A DNA stretch of 64,000 nt from Candidatus Fermentibacteraceae bacterium (GTDB lineage Bacteria > Fermentibacterota > Fermentibacteria > Fermentibacterales > JCC-6), in the NCBI GenBank assembly GCA_041750285.1, contig JBGSZS010000019.1, forward strand, positions 32,001-96,000, read 5' to 3'. The notes beneath the pieces were generated by a model that was not told the DNA's origin, ran no database searches, and worked only from the letters and a program-made list of their open reading frames with translations. Positions 45,674 through 54,162 of this stretch are shown here, one piece after another. Position 1 is the stretch's first letter. Each line of letters opens with the position of its first letter. Both the position numbers and the translations under genes were made by a program.

Positions 45674-46410
45674 TTACTTCCCGTGACGATATCGCCGCCA
45701 TGCGTGAAGCTTGCAGGGTTGTGAGAAAGGTGCTGACGGAAGCCGGGGCTTTCATCGAGCCGGGGGTAACCACGGCGGAGATCGACGAACTCGGCAGAAG
45801 GATAATCGCAGCGGAGGGTGCCGTTCCCTCCTTCCTGGGTTACAACGGCTATCCTGCAGGGGTCTGTGTATCCGTGAACAACGAGGTGGTCCACGGCATT
45901 CCATCCACAGACCGGACCATCAGGGAAGGCGATCTTGTCAGCGTGGATGTGGGAGCTTTCAAAGGGGGCTTCCATGGCGACGCAGCAGAGACCTTTCCGG
46001 TGGGCAGGGTTATCCCCCTTGCCTCGAAGCTGCTTGAGGTGACCCTCAGGGCAAGGGATCTTGGCATAGCCGCCGCAGTGAGCGGGGGTCATGTGGGAGA
46101 CATCGGAGCCGCGGTTCAACAGGAAGTTGAGAAGAACGGCTTCAGTGTGGTAAGGCAGCTCGTGGGTCACGGCATCGGAAGGCGGCTTCACGAGAAGCCA
46201 CAGGTGCCCAATTATGGGTCGATCGGCAGGGGGATGCGGCTGTCCGACGGATTGCTGCTGGCCATCGAGCCCATGGTCAACTCCGGAGACGCTTTCGTGA
46301 AAACACTTTCCGACGGCTGGACGGTCATCACGGCCGACGGATCGCTTTCCGCACATGCGGAGCATACGGTGATGATTCACGGGCGTGAACCGGAAATATT
46401 GACGGCGTAG
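45664..46410 (+). CDS. map: Methionine aminopeptidase type I
   Basis: VVHGIP, GHGIG..LHE.P, IEPM, SAHAEHT. Confidence 0.97.
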   Translation: MAVITSRDDIAAMREACRVVRKVLTEAGAFIEPGVTTAEIDELGRRIIAAEGAVPSFLGYNGYPAGVCVSVNNEVVHGIPSTDRTIREGDLVSVDVGAFKGGFHGDAAETFPVGRVIPLASKLLEVTLRARDLGIAAAVSGGHVGDIGAAVQQEVEKNGFSVVRQLVGHGIGRRLHEKPQVPNYGSIGRGMRLSDGLLLAIEPMVNSGDAFVKTLSDGWTVITADGSLSAHAEHTVMIHGREPEILTA

Positions 46411-46427
46411 ACATTTATGCGAATAAT
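46399..46427 (+). promoter_or_regulatory. Internal promoter for infA-alpha operon
   Basis: TTGACG-N17-AATAAT. Confidence 0.5.
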
Positions 46428-46463
46428 TGGGGTTCTCTTACCACCGGAAGGGAGTGAAGGCAC

Positions 46464-46688
46464 TTGGCAAAAGAACAGGGCGTAGTGGTTGACGGGACCG
46501 TTCTCGAAACACTTCCCAACAACATGTGTCGCGTTCAGCTGGACAAGCCCGAGGGTCATGTGGTCCTTTGCCATGTTTCCGGCAAGATGAGAATGCACTA
46601 CATAAGAATACTGGTGGGCGACAGGGTCACGGTCGAGATCTCCCCCTACGATCTCTCCCGTGGCAGGATCACCTACAGGTACAAGTGA
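46464..46688 (+). CDS. infA: Translation initiation factor IF-1
   Basis: TTG start, SGKMR..YIRIL.GD, SPYD..RGRI. Confidence 0.98.
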   Translation: MAKEQGVVVDGTVLETLPNNMCRVQLDKPEGHVVLCHVSGKMRMHYIRILVGDRVTVEISPYDLSRGRITYRYK

Positions 46689-46697
46689 GGTTGAAAA

Positions 46698-46814
46698 ATG
46701 AAGGTACGCAGTTCAGTGAAGAAAATCTGCGAATACTGCCGGATTGTTCGACGCAACGGGAAGGTGCTCGTCATCTGCCCACGGAATCCGCGACACAAAC
46801 AACGGCAGGGATAG
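46698..46814 (+). CDS. rpmJ: 50S ribosomal protein L36 (below ORF-track cutoff)
   Basis: [14 protein letters not shown]...[13 protein letters not shown]. Confidence 0.97.
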   Translation: MKVRSSVKKICEYCRIVRRNGKVLVICPRNPRHKQRQG

Positions 46815-46843
46815 CCGCATAAAACGGCGACGGAGGTGTAAGA

Positions 46844-47209
46844 TTGGCGAGAATCGCAGGAGTTGACCTGCCCAGGAACAAGCATGTGCTCTACGCTCTT
46901 CCGTACATCCACGGCATTGGGCTCACTAGTTCCAGGTTCATTCTGGACAAGGTCGGGATTCCCATGGACAGGAACACCGATGCCCTTTCGGAAAGCGATG
47001 TGGCTGCTCTTCGCAAGGTCATCGAAGAGGAGTTCAAGGTGGAGGGCGCCCTCAGGGCCGAGGTCAGCATGAACCGTAAACGGCTGATGGATATCGGCTG
47101 CTACCGGGGGCTCAGACATCGCAGGGGTCTTCCAGTCCGGGGACAGAGAACCCACACCAATGCCCGCACCCGCAAGGGTCCCAAGCAGGGCCACACCAGG
47201 AAGCGGTAG
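46844..47209 (+). CDS. rpsM: 30S ribosomal protein S13
   Basis: TTG start, [22 protein letters not shown]. Confidence 0.98.
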   Translation: MARIAGVDLPRNKHVLYALPYIHGIGLTSSRFILDKVGIPMDRNTDALSESDVAALRKVIEEEFKVEGALRAEVSMNRKRLMDIGCYRGLRHRRGLPVRGQRTHTNARTRKGPKQGHTRKR

Positions 47210-47220
47210 GGAGGTAGACC

Positions 47221-47622
47221 TTGCCCAAAGCTAAGGGAAAGAGAACAGTCAAGAAGATCACCAGGGTGTCTGATATTAATGGTGTTGCGCACATTAAATC
47301 TTCGTTCAATAATACCCTGGTTTCCATTTCCGACCGGCAGGGAAATGTTATAACATGGGCCAGCGGTGGAACCACCGGGGTCAAGGGAACAAGAAAGAGC
47401 ACGGCCTACGCCGCGAGCCAGGCAGCCGTTCAGGCTGCCGAGAGAGCCATAGAGGCGGGCCTGAAGAAGGTCGAGATATGGGTGATGGGTCCAGGATCAG
47501 GAAGGGAAGCCGCGGTCAGGGCCCTTCAGTCGACTGATCTTGAAGTGATGGCCATCAAAGACATCACCCGGCTGCCTCACAACGGCTGCAGACCTACAAA
47601 GAGACGCAGGGGCAAGTCGTAG
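47221..47622 (+). CDS. rpsK: 30S ribosomal protein S11
   Basis: TTG start, SFNNT, GPGSGRE, PHNGCRP. Confidence 0.98.
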   Translation: MPKAKGKRTVKKITRVSDINGVAHIKSSFNNTLVSISDRQGNVITWASGGTTGVKGTRKSTAYAASQAAVQAAERAIEAGLKKVEIWVMGPGSGREAAVRALQSTDLEVMAIKDITRLPHNGCRPTKRRRGKS

Positions 47623-47653
47623 GAGGGATTCTCAAGCCTTCAGGGGGAGATGA

Positions 47654-48640
47654 ATGGAATTCATGAAGCTTTACCTGCCGGACCGTATTCAGTGGGAACA
47701 GGAAACACTCACGGAAACCACTGGCAGGCTTGTGATAACACCTCTGGAAAGAGGTTTCGGCCGCACCCTGGGCAACGCGATGAGAAGGGTCATGCTCTCC
47801 TCGCTTGAGGGTGCCGCTCCGGTATCCGTGACCATCAAGGGCGCAAGCCATGAATTCAGCGCCCTTCCGGGAGTAAGGCAGGACGCGTCCGACATCGTTC
47901 TGAACGTGAAATCCCTCAGCATCCGCCATGACGGCGAAGAGCCGTGCACCCTCACCCTCAAGGCTGACAAGCCGGGTGTTTACACGGCTGCTTCCCTTGT
48001 TGGTGACCCCTTGCTGAGGGTGACCAATCCCGATCAGGAGATCGCTGAGATCACAGGCAAGGGTGTTCTGGACCTTGCCATCCTGGTTGAGAAGGGCAAG
48101 GGTTTCGTCACGGTAGACGAGTGGTTCAACAGCGGCAGGGGTCAGGAAATCGGCACCATGCTCGTTGACTCCTGGTTCTGCCCGGTGAAGACGGTGAACT
48201 ACACCGTCGAAAGCGCCCGTGTCGGCGACAGGACAGATTACGACTGCCTTTACATCGACATCACAACCGACGGAAGCCTTACGCCCCAGGAAGCGGTGGA
48301 GAAGACCTGCGCCATTCTGGTCCAGCACTTCAAAATGGTCATGGAGGGCACAGGGGCCGAAACACCCGAGGAAACCGTTGTTGAGAAGGCCGCTGCGGTG
48401 AAGAAGGCTGAAGGCAAGCCAAAAAGCAGCCCCTGGGACTCGGTTCCCATCGATGACGAGGATTTCCAGATGGACAGGAAGTACGTTAACATTCTTAAGT
48501 CCGCCGGGATTGAGACCGTTGGCGGGCTCGCCGCCATGACAGCCGACCAGTTGAAGGCATTCAGCGGCGTGGGCGACAAAACCCTTCAGGTTATAAACGA
48601 GAAGCTTGCTCTGAAGGGCCTGAAGCTGAGAACGGAATAG
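47654..48640 (+). CDS. rpoA: RNA polymerase alpha subunit
   Basis: PLERGFG.TLGNA.RR, HEFS, RVGDRTDYD. Confidence 0.97.
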   Translation: MEFMKLYLPDRIQWEQETLTETTGRLVITPLERGFGRTLGNAMRRVMLSSLEGAAPVSVTIKGASHEFSALPGVRQDASDIVLNVKSLSIRHDGEEPCTLTLKADKPGVYTAASLVGDPLLRVTNPDQEIAEITGKGVLDLAILVEKGKGFVTVDEWFNSGRGQEIGTMLVDSWFCPVKTVNYTVESARVGDRTDYDCLYIDITTDGSLTPQEAVEKTCAILVQHFKMVMEGTGAETPEETVVEKAAAVKKAEGKPKSSPWDSVPIDDEDFQMDRKYVNILKSAGIETVGGLAAMTADQLKAFSGVGDKTLQVINEKLALKGLKLRTE

Positions 48641-48647
48641 GAAACCC

Positions 48648-49022
48648 ATGCGTCACAGAAAAACGACACCCAAGCTTGGCCGCACAAGGGAAGCCAGGGT
48701 ACGAATGCTGAGGAACCTAGTCACCTCGCTGATCATCGAGGAAAGAGTGACCACAAGCCTGGCACGGGCAAAGGTTGCCCGAAGTCTCGCGGAACGGATC
48801 ATCACCAAGGGCAGGGCCGACACCGTGCACTCCCGCAGGCAGGTTGCCGCCATGGTCTACGGCAGCGACGCCGTCAAGAAGGTGTTCAACGAACTCGGCC
48901 CGAGGTTCACGACCCGCCCCGGTGGCTACACCCGCATCCTTCGCCTCGGCCCCCGGGCGGGAGACGCCGCCGAAGCAGTGATCTTGGAACTGGTGGACGC
49001 TCCCGCAGTGGACAAGAAGTGA
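48648..49022 (+). CDS. rplQ: 50S ribosomal protein L17
   Basis: MRHRK, RPGGYTRI, R.GDAA. Confidence 0.98.
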   Translation: MRHRKTTPKLGRTREARVRMLRNLVTSLIIEERVTTSLARAKVARSLAERIITKGRADTVHSRRQVAAMVYGSDAVKKVFNELGPRFTTRPGGYTRILRLGPRAGDAAEAVILELVDAPAVDKK

Positions 49023-49981
49023 AAAGTATTGCCGTTCTTTCCTCGGGCGGTGACGCCCCGGGAATGAACGCCGGAATTCGGGCCACGGTCAGGGCTTCCC
49101 TGAGCCGTGGCCTTTCCGCATACGGCGTTTTTCGCGGTTACGAAGGCCTTATCGACAACAACATGCGTCTTCTGGAATCACGTGATGTTTCGAACATCCT
49201 TCAGCATGGCGGTACGATCCTTCATTCAGCGAGAAGCGACCGCTTCATGACCCCGCAGGGCAAAGCCCAGGCGGCGGCGAATCTGTCGCTCAGAGGCATT
49301 GAGGGTTTGGTTGTCTTCGGCGGTGACGGCAGTTTCAGGGGAGCCCACGATCTCAGCCGGGAACACGGTGTCAGTGTGGTGGGTGTCCCTGCAACGATTG
49401 ACAACGACGTCTGGGGATCGGACTTCACGATTGGCTACGACACGGCCGTCAATACGGCACTCTCTGCGCTGGACAAGGTGCGTGACACTGCGGCTGCGCA
49501 TGACAGGCTGTTCATTGTCGAAGTGATGGGCAGGCATGCGGGCTTCATTGCGCTCGAGGTGGCCATAGGCGGCGGTGCCGAGGCGGTGTTCATCCCTGAA
49601 ACGCCCAACGACATCCCCGGGATCTGCGACAAGGTCAGGGAACGGGTCTCCCGCGGCCGGACATCCAACATCCTTGTGGTCGCCGAGGGCGACGAGGAGG
49701 GGAACGCCTACGCCATTGCAAAAAGGATTGAGGAAATCTCCGGGCTTAAAAGCCGGGTCACGGTCCTGGGGCATGTTCAGAGGGGCGGAAGCCCCACAAC
49801 CAGCGACAGGGTCCTTGCGACAAAACTTGGATGGGCCGCAGTTGAAGCCCTTCTGGAAGGCAGAGCACCCTGCATGGTGGGCGTGGAGAACGGCATGATC
49901 TCGCACCACCCCTTTCCGGATACCTGGCAGAACAAGAAACAACTCGACCCTCTCCTGCTTAAGATCATTCAGGAAATGTAG
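49019..49981 (+). CDS. pfkA: ATP-dependent 6-phosphofructokinase
   Basis: SGGDAPGMN, GGDGS, TIDND, EVMGR, LGHVQRGG. Confidence 0.97.
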   Translation: MKSIAVLSSGGDAPGMNAGIRATVRASLSRGLSAYGVFRGYEGLIDNNMRLLESRDVSNILQHGGTILHSARSDRFMTPQGKAQAAANLSLRGIEGLVVFGGDGSFRGAHDLSREHGVSVVGVPATIDNDVWGSDFTIGYDTAVNTALSALDKVRDTAAAHDRLFIVEVMGRHAGFIALEVAIGGGAEAVFIPETPNDIPGICDKVRERVSRGRTSNILVVAEGDEEGNAYAIAKRIEEISGLKSRVTVLGHVQRGGSPTTSDRVLATKLGWAAVEALLEGRAPCMVGVENGMISHHPFPDTWQNKKQLDPLLLKIIQEM

Positions 49982-49983
49982 CC

Positions 49984-50466
49984 TTGCTCGGAGTCCTCTG
50001 CTACCTGAAGCACGAAGGCCGGACCCTGATGATCCACCGTAACCGGAAACCAGGCGACATTCATCAGGGAAGGTGGAACACGCTGGGTGGCAAGATGGAA
50101 CCCGGTGAAACCCCCGAAGAGTGCGCGATAAGGGAAGTCAGGGAGGAAAGCGGCCTTGAGGTTGAAAACCCCAGGCTGCGGGGTTTCATTACCTTCCCCC
50201 AGTTTGCGGACGAGCAGGACTGGTTCGTCTTCGTCTTCACCTGTACCGAGTTCTCCGGAGAGCTTCTGAAAGAGTGCCCCGAAGGGTCGATTCACTGGGT
50301 GAACGATGCTGACCTGCCCTCACTGCCCCTCTGGGAGGGCGACCACATCTTCATGAACTGGCTGGGATCGGAACGGTTCTGGAGCGCCCGGTTCGAGTAC
50401 GATTCCCGGGGGCTGAAAAACCACTCCGTTGTGTTTCACGGCAAGCCCGACAGCACGCCGGACTGA
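49984..50466 (+). CDS. Nudix hydrolase, 8-oxo-dGTP diphosphatase (MutX/MTH1-like)
   Basis: WN.LGGK.EPGE...ECAIREVREESG, LWEGD. Confidence 0.9.
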   Translation: MLGVLCYLKHEGRTLMIHRNRKPGDIHQGRWNTLGGKMEPGETPEECAIREVREESGLEVENPRLRGFITFPQFADEQDWFVFVFTCTEFSGELLKECPEGSIHWVNDADLPSLPLWEGDHIFMNWLGSERFWSARFEYDSRGLKNHSVVFHGKPDSTPD

Positions 50467-50472
50467 AGGATA

Positions 50473-51168
50473 CTATTCCCGGCCCCTGCCTCCCCCGATG
50501 AACCTGTAGATCAGTGCTCCCAGCACTGCTCCGAAGATCGGTGCCACCCAGAAGAGCCAGAGCTGTTCGACCGCCCATCCTCCGACGACCAGGGCTACGC
50601 CCGTGCTGCGGGCGGGGTTCACCGATGTGTTCGTGACCGGAATGCTTATCAGATGGATCAGGGTGAGGCAAAGACCGATGGCGATCGGTGCGAGCCCTTT
50701 GGGTGCCCTTTCGTCGGTGGCTCCCAGGATGACGACAAGGAACATCATCGTCATGACCACTTCGGTCAGAAGTGCTGCAAGAAGCGTGTACCCTCCCGGT
50801 GAATGGGCGCCGTAACCGTTCGATGCGAACCCGGCGGAAACGTCAAAGCCGGCCTTTCCGCTGGCAATGAGCAAGAGCACTCCGCCGGCGGCGATTCCGC
50901 CCAGTACCTGGAAAACGATGTAGGGGAGCAGTTCTTTCGCTTTGAAGCGCCCTCCGGCCCAGAGGCCCAGTGATACCGCCGGATTTAGATGGCAACCGGA
51001 TATGTGACCGATCGCGAACGCCATTGTAAGAACCGTGAGACCGAAAGCAAGCGATACTCCCAGCAGACCGATCCCGACATCGGGAAAGCCGGCCGCCAGC
51101 ACTGCGGCACCGCAACCGCCAAGAACGAGCCAGAAGGTTCCGAAAAACTCAGCGACGTACTTTTTCAT
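50473..51168 (-). CDS. aqpZ: Aquaporin Z
   Basis: Two NPA motifs, [17 protein letters not shown]. Confidence 0.96.
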   Translation of the reverse strand: MKKYVAEFFGTFWLVLGGCGAAVLAAGFPDVGIGLLGVSLAFGLTVLTMAFAIGHISGCHLNPAVSLGLWAGGRFKAKELLPYIVFQVLGGIAAGGVLLLIASGKAGFDVSAGFASNGYGAHSPGGYTLLAALLTEVVMTMMFLVVILGATDERAPKGLAPIAIGLCLTLIHLISIPVTNTSVNPARSTGVALVVGGWAVEQLWLFWVAPIFGAVLGALIYRFIGGGRGRE

Positions 51169-51281
51169 GGTCTTCCCCCTTGATTTGCGTTAGTAGCGTG
51201 AGACAGAGGTTTCAGTTAGTGCAGTATAGCAGGGTGCCGATTACGCAACAAGACCATGGGGCAGACTTAATGGTGCTATCC

Positions 51282-51773
51282 TCAGAGCATCTTCTGCATC
51301 CATACCGTGTCGAACTCCCGTCCCATCTTGATTCCCACGTTCCTGAAACGGCCGCACTCGACGAATCCGTTCTTCAGATGAAAGTTCACACTTCCGGGGT
51401 TCAGGGATGAGATGCTGGCAAGGATGGATGTAATGCCCTTTTCAGCCGCCCCTTGTTCAAGATGTGCCAGAAGCAGACTTCCCAGACCTTTTCCCGTGTG
51501 TTCCGGGTGGATGAAATACGCCGCCTCGGCTGTTCGCGAGAACACGGGCATCGGGTTGTGCGCCCGCAGCATTCCGAATCCCACTACGTTGCCCTGCCTG
51601 TCCCTCGCGGTTCCCGCCGCGTAGCCCTTCGAAAGTTGAAGCAGCATGTCGAATGCCTGTTCGGGCAGCCTGGTTTCCGGGTAGGCTGCAAACGAGTTTT
51701 CGATGTAGTGGTTGAATATCTCCATGACGGGTATGCGGTCTTCAGCAGTAAGCGGTCCGATCGAGTACTCCAT
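51282..51773 (-). CDS. GNAT N-acetyltransferase (phosphinothricin acetyltransferase/YncA-like)
   Basis: TGKGLGS.LL, NPGSVNFH..NGF, VGIKMG..FD. Confidence 0.88.
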   Translation of the reverse strand: MEYSIGPLTAEDRIPVMEIFNHYIENSFAAYPETRLPEQAFDMLLQLSKGYAAGTARDRQGNVVGFGMLRAHNPMPVFSRTAEAAYFIHPEHTGKGLGSLLLAHLEQGAAEKGITSILASISSLNPGSVNFHLKNGFVECGRFRNVGIKMGREFDTVWMQKML

Positions 51774-51790
51774 GGTGTCTCTCTCCCTGT

Positions 51791-53005
51791 CTACAATCTC
51801 CGTATGAGCATGTCGAGCGCATGTGCCGTTTCGACGACCTTCGAGCAGTCAACGATCCCTGGGTTGTCCTTCCCGGTGTGGGTCACGTCCTGAGTATCCA
51901 TGTTAGTGATCAACCACATGGACGAGACTGCCAGCGCCGGACAGCCCATCTGGACGAAAATGCTGTGGTCCCCCTGGGGCCACCGGGGACCCTCAACGAT
52001 GCCTGGAAACAGCTCCAGGACACGGTTTGCCTCTGCCATGAGAGGCTCTGGCAAGTCGAAGAAGGAAAAAGAGGTCTTCCCATCCCTGTATCCCGCTCCG
52101 TCAATGTTGATGTTCAGAAGGATGTCTCCGAACCTGTTCCGGTTCATCCCGATGTACTGCATCTGCCCCGGAACTGCGTAGTAGTCCTCGCCATTCAGGG
52201 CGGCCAGTTCGATCAGCCTGTCTCCCCCATAGTCTGCCAGCAGTTCCGCCAGCAGCAGGAGTACCGCCACTCCTGTGGCATTGTCAATCGCACCCGGAGT
52301 TCCCGGTTTTGCGTCTATGTGAGCGGTTACGACCACCCTTTTGCCCCCGGTGGTTCCCCGGGAGGCAATGACGTTGAAAGCCTTCTCGGGTATTCGGGCC
52401 GACCCGGATTCAAGGTGGGCAACCCTTCCGGTAAAGGGCAACAGTCTTATGCCTTCCTCCTCTGTCATATAAACCGACGGGATGTCGAAATCGCCATCCT
52501 CGATGAGTGGGAAGGGGTAAACCCCGCCCGCAAGCGATGAATTTCTGCCTGTTGCGCAAACGATTGCAGCGGGTTGCCTCTCTTCAAGGGTTCTTGTCAA
52601 GGCCCGGTGGTGGTCCGGATTGTAGAAGACGAAGTTCTTGGGCATGATCTGCTCACATGCCAACCCACCGTGGAGGAGCAGTACTTTCCCGTATGCGTCA
52701 GTTGCTTGGAGCTCCTCCAAGGTTGAAGCGGAGATCAAGGGCGCTCCTACCCTGCAACCATGGCTGTAGGGGCTTGCCTTTACGGCAAATGCACGGCCTG
52801 AAACCGAAAGTGTCGCCTTCCCGCCGTTCCAACCGATCACATCCATTTCGTGGGATTCCACAAGCCAGCCGAACCGCCGGGCTTCAGCCTCGAAGAATGA
52901 TGTGGCCATCCTGTTGCCCGGGCTTCCCACGCAACGTTCCGGGATGACCGAACAAAGCTGATCCATTAGCCTGGAACAGCGTTCCTGGAAGTGTTCCATG
53001 TTCAC
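51791..53005 (-). CDS. M28-family peptidase with PA domain
   Basis: TAHID, GAIDNATG, NIDG, GDH. Confidence 0.85.
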   Translation of the reverse strand: MNMEHFQERCSRLMDQLCSVIPERCVGSPGNRMATSFFEAEARRFGWLVESHEMDVIGWNGGKATLSVSGRAFAVKASPYSHGCRVGAPLISASTLEELQATDAYGKVLLLHGGLACEQIMPKNFVFYNPDHHRALTRTLEERQPAAIVCATGRNSSLAGGVYPFPLIEDGDFDIPSVYMTEEEGIRLLPFTGRVAHLESGSARIPEKAFNVIASRGTTGGKRVVVTAHIDAKPGTPGAIDNATGVAVLLLLAELLADYGGDRLIELAALNGEDYYAVPGQMQYIGMNRNRFGDILLNINIDGAGYRDGKTSFSFFDLPEPLMAEANRVLELFPGIVEGPRWPQGDHSIFVQMGCPALAVSSMWLITNMDTQDVTHTGKDNPGIVDCSKVVETAHALDMLIRRL

Positions 53006-53098
53006 CTCAGTGCTTTAAAAAAGCTTCAGACAATCGGGTACGTTCACTGTACTGGTCATTTTGCCGTCCCTCGATTCTCGTCCGGGGCAGGTCCCGTT

Positions 53099-53506
53099 CT
53101 ACCGAATCAGGGGTTCCGACACCGACAGGCCCTCCCGGTTCACGGAGACGTAGATGATCTCGGACACCAGCTCGCTTTCTTCGCTGCAGGAAGTCCTGTC
53201 AAAGCGGAAGTGCACCGTGTACCCTCCCAACTCCTCATATCCCTGTTCGTGGGTCGTCCGCAGTGAGGAGAGCGGGAAACCGTTGAGTCTTGAAAGCTCG
53301 TCTTCGCTCAGGACGTGTGTCTTGCCAAAGGCGCTGATCGTGAAGGAACTCCATACGCCTGACTCCACGGTGACGCTGATCGAGATCTCTCCGGCCCCGG
53401 GGGTTCCCTCGACTTGAACCAATGCAGAGGTCCAGTCCAGAAACTCCTCCTCGGAGGCGAATGTCACGCTGAAAAGCAGAAGCGAAACAACTATGATCCT
53501 GTTCAT
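53099..53506 (-). CDS. Hypothetical secreted protein
   Basis: Signal peptide MNRIIVVSLLLFSVTFA; AAGGA RBS. Confidence 0.65.
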   Translation of the reverse strand: MNRIIVVSLLLFSVTFASEEEFLDWTSALVQVEGTPGAGEISISVTVESGVWSSFTISAFGKTHVLSEDELSRLNGFPLSSLRTTHEQGYEELGGYTVHFRFDRTSCSEESELVSEIIYVSVNREGLSVSEPLIR

Positions 53507-53732
53507 GCTTTCCTTTCATCCGAAGCAGAAACATGGGCATCCGGCCATTCATCCGCTCCCGGGCAACGGCTTGCTGTTAGGCACGACAGGTCTCATGTTC
53601 CTTTCAGCAACCGGCCAATGATCGAATATGGTTCGACCTGTGCAAAGACGGAAGCATGAGGGAATTGATTCCAGGACAATGTTATACGGCGGTAAACTAA
53701 GTTATCTTAGTCCGTCCCCTAAGGAGGGTGCT

Positions 53733-54134
53733 ATGGGAATGATGAAGGAGTTCAAGGCGTTCGCCATGCGGGGGAACGTGATGGACATGGCGGTGGGCAT
53801 AATCATCGGCGCGGCGTTCGGGAAGATAATCTCGTCGCTGGTGGCCGATGTGATAATGCCTCCGATCGGTCTGCTCGTCGGGGGCGTCAACTTCACCGAC
53901 CTTGCGCTGGTCATCAGGGAGGCTGCAGGCGAGACCGCCGCGGTGACACTGAACTACGGGGTCTTCCTGCAGACGCTTCTCGATTTCATCATCGTTGCTT
54001 TCGCCATTTTCATGATGGTCAAGGGGATGAACAGGCTTTCCCGCAAAAAGGCCGAGGCTCCTGCGGCACCACCCGCACCTTCTGCGGAAGTGGCACTGCT
54101 GGGTGAGATCAGGGACATTCTGAAGCAGAAGTAG
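53733..54134 (+). CDS. mscL: Large-conductance mechanosensitive channel
   Basis: [24 protein letters not shown]. Confidence 0.97.
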   Translation: MGMMKEFKAFAMRGNVMDMAVGIIIGAAFGKIISSLVADVIMPPIGLLVGGVNFTDLALVIREAAGETAAVTLNYGVFLQTLLDFIIVAFAIFMMVKGMNRLSRKKAEAPAAPPAPSAEVALLGEIRDILKQK

Positions 54135-54162
54135 GGATTGTGCCCTTCCTGCCCGGAAGGTC

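Noticed and set aside
51170..53600. Integron cassette array (GTTAGGC, CTAAC motifs near small minus-strand genes)
   Set aside because: No paired RYYYAAC...GTTRRRY attC palindromes with correct orientation and no integrase
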